This document shows positions 57,615-64,000 of a DNA stretch of 64,000 bases, one piece after another. The stretch lies in the NCBI GenBank assembly GCA_047605505.1, contig JASGFO010000001.1:1703-65702 (forward strand), written 5' to 3'. The position numbers were made by a program, and so were the translations under genes. Numbering within the stretch: the stretch's first letter is position 1; every line of letters starts with the position of its first letter. This stretch comes from Gordonia sp. (in: high G+C Gram-positive bacteria) (GTDB lineage: Bacteria; Actinomycetota; Actinomycetes; Mycobacteriales; Mycobacteriaceae). The notes below the pieces were generated by a model. The model made no database searches. It saw only the letters and a program-made list of their open reading frames with translations, and had not been told where the DNA came from.

Positions 57615-60600
57615 AACGCCCCCGCCACCAGGCGCGCGATCCGCCACATCACCTCGGGCTCGCCGAATGCGCGATGCGCCGTGCCCGCCTCGACGATGTC
57701 GACGTGCCCGTCGACGTATCGGTCCCAGCCGTGGGGATCACGCGTGTCGGTCGCCGTCACGAGCACGACCCTCCCCGCGGTCACCGCCGCCGGCCGATGA
57801 CCGCGTACCGCGGCGGTCAGCTCGCCGATCCGTGCGGTCACCTGCGCTGCCACATCGGGGTCGAGGCCGCTCAGTTCACCGGGCGGCACCTCGCCGGCGG
57901 GCGCGTCGGCCAGTTCGGTCGGCGTCCGCGGGTCCAGCAGGATCAGTGCACCGACGTCAAGGCCCGCGTCGACGAGCTGCCGGGCGATCTCCTGGGCGAT
58001 GTTCCCGCCGACCGACCAGCCGACGATCCGGTAGGGACCGCTCGGCTGCGCGGCCCGGATGGCGCCGACATGCCGGCGCGCGATCTCGCTCATCGTCGAC
58101 GGCATGGCCGCGCCGTCGAGCAGCTCGGGCAGTTGCAGTCCGATCACCCGGAGGCCGGGCAGCGCCTGGGCCAGCGCCCCGAAGTGCGTGGCGAGACCGA
58201 AGGCGCCGTGCACCGCCCAGAGCACCGGCCGGTCATCGGCGGGCCCGGAGAGCTCCACACACCGCGCCGAGACCTCCGGTGGTGCCGCGAGCATGGCCAC
58301 CACCTCGCCCGCGCTGGGGTGCGCGAAGAGCTCGGCCACGCCCACCGGGTGGCCACGGCGGACCAGTTCGTCGCGCACCGCGATCAGGGACAGCGAGTTC
58401 CCGCCCACGGTGAAGAAATCGTCGTCCATCCCCACGACATCCCCGAGAACCGACGAGAATGCCTCCAGCACACTGTGTTCGAGCTCCGATACGGCCGGTC
58501 GCCGTGATTTCTGCGGCGGCTCGGGCAAGGCTGCCTCGTCGACCTTGCCGCTCGCGGTCCGGGGAATCTGCGGCACCGCGACAATGGTCGACGGCACCAT
58601 GTGCCGCGGCAGGGATCGCCGGCAGGCCTCGGCGCAGTCGGCCACCATCCGTTCGTCGGCCACGACGTAGGACACGAACACCGCGTCGCCCGCCGGGCCT
58701 CCCCGGACCACCGTCCGCGCCTGGTCCGCACCGGCCCGCAGCAGCACCGCGTCGATCTCACCGAGTTCGACGCGCTGTCCGCGGACCTTGATCTGGCGAT
58801 CCGCACGGCCGACGTAGTCGAGGTCGCCGGCCGCGGTGACCCGCACGAGGTCCCCGGTCCGGTACATCCGGCTGCCGTCGGGGGCGGCGACGAATCGCCC
58901 GGCCGTGGTGGCGGGATCGCCGAGATAGCCGCGCGCCAGCGATGTTCCGAGCAGATAGAGTTCGCCGACGACGCCGGGCGGCACCGGCCGCAGGTGTCCG
59001 TCGAGGATGCGGCAACCCACCCCGTCGAGGGGGCGGCCGATGCGCACCGGCCGGCCGGGTTGCTGTACGGCCGCCGTGGCCGTGACGGTGGCCTCGGTGG
59101 GTCCATACACGTTGACCAGCCGGAACCGCGCCGACCAGCGATCGGCGAGCGCCTGCGGCAGGGGCTCACCGCCGACGAACACGAGCCGCACCGCCGACAA
59201 CCGGTCCGGGTCGAGGGTTGCCAGCACCGACGGCGTCGCGGCGAAGACGGTCACTCGGCGCCGCACCAGCCACTCGGTGAGCTCGGCACCGCCGACGAGC
59301 TCGGGCGGCACCACCACCAGGGTCGCCCCGGCCCGCAGCGGCAGGATCATCTCCATGATCGCGGGATCGAATCCGGGACTGATCACGGTGCCCACACGGT
59401 CGAAGAGATCGATCCGCGCCACGTCGGCAAGCCGGTGCAGTCCCCGGTGGGTGACGCCGACCGCGCGGGGTGTTCCGGTGGTGCCGGAGGTCGTGAGGAG
59501 GTAGGCGAGGTCGTCGGGGGCGACGGCGGTGTGCGGTGCCGCCGCGGTGTCGGCCGATCGCTCCGCAACCGCACGCACATCGTCGGCCCGGATCACCTGG
59601 GCGCCGGCCGCAGCCACGATCGCGTCGATCCGATCGCGCGGATAGGACGTCTCCAGCGGCACGCACACCGCCCCCATCCGAGCGATGGCCCGGACCGCGA
59701 CAATCGATTCCACCGACCGCGGAATGTCGACGGCGACCGGGTCGCCGGCGCCGATCCCCCGCTCGGCCAGGCCGTCCGCCACCGCCGCGGCCCACGCGTC
59801 GAGCTGCGCATAGCTCAGGGCCCGGTGCGCGTCGTCGACGGCCATCCAGGTGGGGTGGGTGGCCACGGGTTCGGCAAAGAGGTCGCCGAATGTGGGTGCG
59901 GCCGCCGGACTTTCGGTCTGCGAGAGCTCCCGCAGGCGTGCCGGCTCGGTGCCGACCAGCAGGTCCACCGAGTCGACGGCCCGTTCCGGGTCCGCGGTGA
60001 GGACGTCGAGCGCGCACCACATCCGGTCGGCGATCGCACCGATCTGGGCGCTGTCGAGAAGGTCCGGCGCGTAGCCGAAGGCCACCGATCGGCCCGGCCC
60101 GTCGCTGCCGCCGACGATCACCCGCAGATCGAATTCACTGTCCGGGTTGGTGAACTCGGCGTCCGCCTCGTCGATGCCGTCGGCCACCGTGAACGCCACC
60201 TGCACCAGCGGGTTACGGCCCGGTGCGCGGTCGGCGCCGACATGCGCGACGACCTCGTCGAAGGACACCAGCGCGTGATCGATGGCCGCGAGGTCGGCAT
60301 CGCGGACCTCGCCGAGCAGTTCCGCCACCGTCATTCCCGGACGGAACACGGTGCGCAGCACCACGGTGGACACCATCATGCCGATGACGCGACGCCAGTC
60401 GGTCCGTCGGCGCAGGGACGTCGTGGTGGCGACCGCCACGTCGTCGGTGCCGGCCTGCACCGACATCGCCCACGCGAACGCCGCATGGAGCACATGGAAT
60501 TCGCTGGCCCGCACGGCATGGGCCGTCGCGGTCACCCGGGCCAGCAGCGCGGCGTCGAGTTCGCGGCGTTCCACCGCGGTCCGCAGATCCCGGACCACCG

Positions 60601-63600
60601 GCCGGACCGCCACGAGTCCCAGATCCCCCGGGTAGCCGTGCAGGGTCTGCTCCCAGAATGCCAGTTGCCGGTCCCGCTCGGTCGCGACCTCGGCGAGGAG
60701 CGCGGCGCTGACCTCGTCGAATTGCGGTGCCGCCCAAGGCTCGTCGGAACCGGCGGTGATGGCGGCGAAGTCCTCGGCGAGCAGCTGCACCGATTCCCCG
60801 TCGACGGCGATGTGATGGGCGATCAGCGCCACCGCCAGCGGCACCTCGACGCCGTCCCGGTGTTCGGCGACGAGGTAGGTGTGGATCGGCGGGATGCTGC
60901 CGCCGAAGTCGAAGGGGCGGCGCAGGAGCTCGTCGATGAAGTCCTGGGTGACCGAGTCGGTGCGCAGAAGCAGGATCTCCGGCTGCCACCGGTCGAGGAC
61001 GTGCTGGACCGGGCCGTGCTCGCCGGTCCGGTAGACCGTCCGCAGCGCGGCGTGGCGGGCGATCAGCGCGTCGAGCGCATCGGCGACCTCCTCCTCACGC
61101 ATGCCCTCGGGCACCGGCAGCAGAATCGGCACGACGTACAGCGGCGCCCCCTCGGTGGCCTGCGCCGCCACCCACATCCGGCGCTGGGTGGGCGCGAGCG
61201 CGAGAGGTCGGTCCGGCGCTGCGGCTCCCTCTTCCGCTGGTCGAGTAGGGCCGACTCCGTCCGCTGGTCGAGTAAGGCCGACGAAGGAGGCCGCATCGAG
61301 ACCACCCGCGTCCGCCGGATCGAGCTTGTCGAGATCGGGACCACCCGCATCCAGCCCGGCCACCGCGCGCGCCAGCCCCGCTGCGGTCGGGTTCTCGAAG
61401 ATCACCTTGGTCGGCACCCGCATCCCGGCGAGGTCGCCGACCGCCGACGCCAGCTGCGTCGCCGACAGCGACGTCCCGCCCAGCTCGAAGAAGTCGGCGT
61501 CGGCGCCGACCGCCGAGACCGGCAGCGCCAAGGTCTCGGCGATCGCAGCAGCGATGGGTTCGCGCCAGTGTTCGCCGACGCGATCTTGAACTCTGGTGTG
61601 CGGAACCGGGACGGCAGCCCCTGGTTGCTCGCCGACCGCGCCTTCCCGGCCGGCCGAGGAGACCACCACGTCCCCACCGCCGGCCGAGTCACCTGCAACG
61701 TCCTCCCCGCCGGCCGAGTCACATGCAACGTCCTCCCCGCCGGCCACGTCACCCGGAGCGCCGGCGGCAGGCGCATCCGGCGGATCGAGCCCGTCGAGAT
61801 CGAGGGCACTCCCCGGATCCACCGTATCCGGATCGGGACCGGTCGGTGCGGGAGCTGCCGGCACCGCAACGGGCGGAGTGACCGTAGCGCCGGCGACAAC
61901 CGCGTCGTCGGCGACACCGATGATCTCGCCGGGTTCGACGCGGTGGCCGCGGATCTGGACCTGATCATCGAGTCGCCCCAGGTAGGAGAGCACCCCGCCG
62001 GGCAGGACGCGGGCGAGGTCACCGGTGCGGTAGCTGCGGGTGCCGGAGCCGTCCGGGTCGGCGACGAATCGGCTTGCGGTGAGGGCGGCACCCCGATAGC
62101 CGCGCGCGAGTTGTGCTCCGCTGACATAGATCTCGCCGCGCCCGCCGACGGGCACGGGGCGCAGGCGGGCGTCGCGCACGGTGATTCCGACGCCGTCGAG
62201 CGGGGTGCCGATGAGGCTGCGCTCGTCGTCGGTGTCGACGTCACCGGCGGTCAGGTGCACGGTGGTCTCGGTGATGCCGTACATGTTGACCAGGCGCACG
62301 CCCGGGTGGCTCGCGGACCAGTCCCGGAGCGTGGTGGGCCGCAACGCCTCCCCGCCGAAGACGATGCAGCGCAGGGCGGTCAGGGGCGGGGTCGACGCGG
62401 CGATCGCCGGGTCGGTCAGACGCGCGAATGCCGTTGGGGTCTGCGAGAAGACGGTGACGCCGAGCTCGTCGAGCGCGGCGGTGAGCAGTCGCGGATCGCG
62501 GACGGTCGGTTCGGAGAGGACGACCACGGTGCCGCCGGAGGTCAGGGCACCAAAGATCTCCCACACCGAGAAGTCGAAGACGTAGGAGTGCGCCCAACTC
62601 CAGACGTCGGTGGGGCCGGCCGCGATCCGGGGCAATGCGGCGCCGAGGAGGGCGGCGAGGTTTTCGCGGGCGATGGTGACACCCTTCGGGGTTCCGGTGG
62701 AGCCCGACGTGTACAGGATGTAGGCATCACCGGGTTGCCGGTCTGCGCAACCGTTTCCGGGGCCGGCACCGATGGCGAGGCCCTCGTCGACGATGGCGGC
62801 GGGCTCGGTCGCCGCGATCAGCGCGTCGATCCGGGAGAGCGGATGGCTCGGGTCGAGGGGGATGTAGGCCGCCCCGGCCATCAGGACGCCGACCATCGCG
62901 ATGACGGTGTCGGTGTTGCGGAGCAGGCGCAGCGCCACCCGGTCACCGGTGCGAACCCCGTTGCGCTGCAGGTTGATCGCGAATCGTCGTGCGCGGGCAC
63001 CGAGTTGGCCGTAGGTGAGGGTGGTCTCCCCGTCGGTGACGGCGGTCGCGCCAGGGGTGGCGAGCACGTGGGTGAAGAAGCCGCGGATGGGATCGGCGGG
63101 CGGGGCGGGGGTTGTCTCGACGAGCGGGGGTGTGCTCTCGGCGGTCGGGGCAGGCGTGGTCTCGATCTCGAGACCACCCGCCACCTCACCCAACCCCGCC
63201 ACCACACCGTCGAGGATCGCCAGCGCGCCGTCGAGGTCGACGCGTCCCTCGTCGACGAGCATCGCGATGTCCGGCTGCTCGCCGTCGGATACGGCGAACT
63301 CCAGTGCGGTGCGCGAGAATCCGGTCTCGATGACGTCGACGCCGACAATCACCTCGGACAGTGTCTCGGGCACCACCGGATCCATCGTGAGGATCACGTC
63401 GGCGAGGCCGGCAGGCGCGTCGTCGGCGTACCGAACGGCGTCGGCGGTGGCGGCGTGGGCGACGGCCAGTGCCTCGTCGATGGGCAGATCGCGGATTCCG
63501 GTGAGGCGCACCGGCACGGTGCGGACGAACATGCCGACGGCGTCGAGGTCGGCGGTGGTGTCACGGCCCGTGGTGGGCAGGGAGATCACGACGTCGTCGG

Positions 63601-64000
63601 TCCCGGTGATGCGGGCGAGCGCGGTGGCCAACGCCACCTGGATGGCCGTGTGGGGGGTGGTTCCGGCCGCACGAGCACGCGCGGCGAGCGCGGCGCGCAG
63701 GTCGGTGCCGATCCGGCGGGTGTGCCGACTGACCGGACCGGCCCCGGCGTGTGCGGGCTCGGGCAGGGCGAGGCGCTCGGGTGCGCCGTCGAGGGCGCTG
63801 CGCCAGAACTGCCGACCGGCGTCGGTACCGCCGGAGTCCCGAGGTGCCGGCACGGCGGCCGGGTCGGCCCAGATCGGCTCGCTGCCGAGGGCGCGGTCCG
63901 CGAGGGCGGTCTGGAGGTCGCGGGCCACGATGGCCATCGATGCGCCGTCGACGGCGATGTGGTGGGCGACGAGGAGCAGCGAGGATACAGTGCGGTCCAG
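57611..64000 (-). CDS. Non-ribosomal peptide synthetase, 3' part: C(partial)-A-PCP-C-A-PCP-TE
   Basis: HHIAVDG twice, [42 protein letters not shown]. Frame stays open to the window edge. Confidence 0.95.
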   Translation of the reverse strand: MDRTVSSLLLVAHHIAVDGASMAIVARDLQTALADRALGSEPIWADPAAVPAPRDSGGTDAGRQFWRSALDGAPERLALPEPAHAGAGPVSRHTRRIGTDLRAALAARARAAGTTPHTAIQVALATALARITGTDDVVISLPTTGRDTTADLDAVGMFVRTVPVRLTGIRDLPIDEALAVAHAATADAVRYADDAPAGLADVILTMDPVVPETLSEVIVGVDVIETGFSRTALEFAVSDGEQPDIAMLVDEGRVDLDGALAILDGVVAGLGEVAGGLEIETTPAPTAESTPPLVETTPAPPADPIRGFFTHVLATPGATAVTDGETTLTYGQLGARARRFAINLQRNGVRTGDRVALRLLRNTDTVIAMVGVLMAGAAYIPLDPSHPLSRIDALIAATEPAAIVDEGLAIGAGPGNGCADRQPGDAYILYTSGSTGTPKGVTIARENLAALLGAALPRIAAGPTDVWSWAHSYVFDFSVWEIFGALTSGGTVVVLSEPTVRDPRLLTAALDELGVTVFSQTPTAFARLTDPAIAASTPPLTALRCIVFGGEALRPTTLRDWSASHPGVRLVNMYGITETTVHLTAGDVDTDDERSLIGTPLDGVGITVRDARLRPVPVGGRGEIYVSGAQLARGYRGAALTASRFVADPDGSGTRSYRTGDLARVLPGGVLSYLGRLDDQVQIRGHRVEPGEIIGVADDAVVAGATVTPPVAVPAAPAPTGPDPDTVDPGSALDLDGLDPPDAPAAGAPGDVAGGEDVACDSAGGEDVAGDSAGGGDVVVSSAGREGAVGEQPGAAVPVPHTRVQDRVGEHWREPIAAAIAETLALPVSAVGADADFFELGGTSLSATQLASAVGDLAGMRVPTKVIFENPTAAGLARAVAGLDAGGPDLDKLDPADAGGLDAASFVGLTRPADGVGPTRPAEEGAAAPDRPLALAPTQRRMWVAAQATEGAPLYVVPILLPVPEGMREEEVADALDALIARHAALRTVYRTGEHGPVQHVLDRWQPEILLLRTDSVTQDFIDELLRRPFDFGGSIPPIHTYLVAEHRDGVEVPLAVALIAHHIAVDGESVQLLAEDFAAITAGSDEPWAAPQFDEVSAALLAEVATERDRQLAFWEQTLHGYPGDLGLVAVRPVVRDLRTAVERRELDAALLARVTATAHAVRASEFHVLHAAFAWAMSVQAGTDDVAVATTTSLRRRTDWRRVIGMMVSTVVLRTVFRPGMTVAELLGEVRDADLAAIDHALVSFDEVVAHVGADRAPGRNPLVQVAFTVADGIDEADAEFTNPDSEFDLRVIVGGSDGPGRSVAFGYAPDLLDSAQIGAIADRMWCALDVLTADPERAVDSVDLLVGTEPARLRELSQTESPAAAPTFGDLFAEPVATHPTWMAVDDAHRALSYAQLDAWAAAVADGLAERGIGAGDPVAVDIPRSVESIVAVRAIARMGAVCVPLETSYPRDRIDAIVAAAGAQVIRADDVRAVAERSADTAAAPHTAVAPDDLAYLLTTSGTTGTPRAVGVTHRGLHRLADVARIDLFDRVGTVISPGFDPAIMEMILPLRAGATLVVVPPELVGGAELTEWLVRRRVTVFAATPSVLATLDPDRLSAVRLVFVGGEPLPQALADRWSARFRLVNVYGPTEATVTATAAVQQPGRPVRIGRPLDGVGCRILDGHLRPVPPGVVGELYLLGTSLARGYLGDPATTAGRFVAAPDGSRMYRTGDLVRVTAAGDLDYVGRADRQIKVRGQRVELGEIDAVLLRAGADQARTVVRGGPAGDAVFVSYVVADERMVADCAEACRRSLPRHMVPSTIVAVPQIPRTASGKVDEAALPEPPQKSRRPAVSELEHSVLEAFSSVLGDVVGMDDDFFTVGGNSLSLIAVRDELVRRGHPVGVAELFAHPSAGEVVAMLAAPPEVSARCVELSGPADDRPVLWAVHGAFGLATHFGALAQALPGLRVIGLQLPELLDGAAMPSTMSEIARRHVGAIRAAQPSGPYRIVGWSVGGNIAQEIARQLVDAGLDVGALILLDPRTPTELADAPAGEVPPGELSGLDPDVAAQVTARIGELTAAVRGHRPAAVTAGRVVLVTATDTRDPHGWDRYVDGHVDIVEAGTAHRAFGEPEVMWRIARLVAGAL
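61232..61345 (+). repeat. REP-like repeats inserted in frame in the NRPS PCP-C linker
   Basis: Two CCGCTGGTCGAGTA(G/A)GGCCGAC copies and TCCGCCGGATCGAGCTTGTCGAGATC, matching the intergenic copies at 48.2 and 57.0 kb. Confidence 0.8.
61665..61755. repeat. 30-bp tandem repeat (about 3 units) inside the NRPS A-PCP linker
   Basis: CCGCCGGCCGAGTCAC(C/A)TGCAACGTCCTCC units, encoding DSAGGEDVA-type repeats. Confidence 0.75.

Noticed and set aside
1-64000. tRNA, rRNA or known riboswitch (including c-di-GMP riboswitches)
   Set aside because: None recognisable by eye; an Rfam/Infernal scan of the intergenic regions would be needed to exclude them.

Overview
High-GC Mycobacteriales DNA; Gordonia-like is my inference from gene content and repeat types. 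The backbone follows the menaquinone region known from M. tuberculosis Rv0562-Rv0542c: polyprenyl synthase, menJ, menG, mgtA, Rv0556-like gene, menD, menB, pit, Rv0544c-like gene, DUF3349 genes and menE. Two accessory blocks interrupt it. (1) At 8.5-12.2 kb lie an EAL phosphodiesterase and a membrane protein with two complementary-degenerate GGDEF domains. (2) At about 14.3-42.6 kb, between menB and the pit block, lies a roughly 28 kb island: a Wzx/Wzy-type exopolysaccharide cluster, a CDP-linked branched deoxysugar module, two more diguanylate cyclases, a second EAL protein, and an Rv1356c/Rv1355c-like (OxzA/OxzB-type) N-acyl amino acid/oxazolone synthase pair. The right part holds a TetR regulator, a GIY-YIG nuclease and an AbiEi/DUF559-like gene (each next to palindromic repeats), an Opp/Nik-type ABC operon plus MFS behind a Zur-like box, a LMW phosphatase and the 3' end of a large NRPS whose linkers contain in-frame REP-like repeats. 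Best candidates for new biology: the acyl-oxazolone / c-di-GMP / EPS circuit, the pseudo-heterodimeric tandem-GGDEF enzyme, the apparently inverted rfbC gene, and the GIY-YIG-associated REP family. All calls come from motif reading and synteny; no searches were run.
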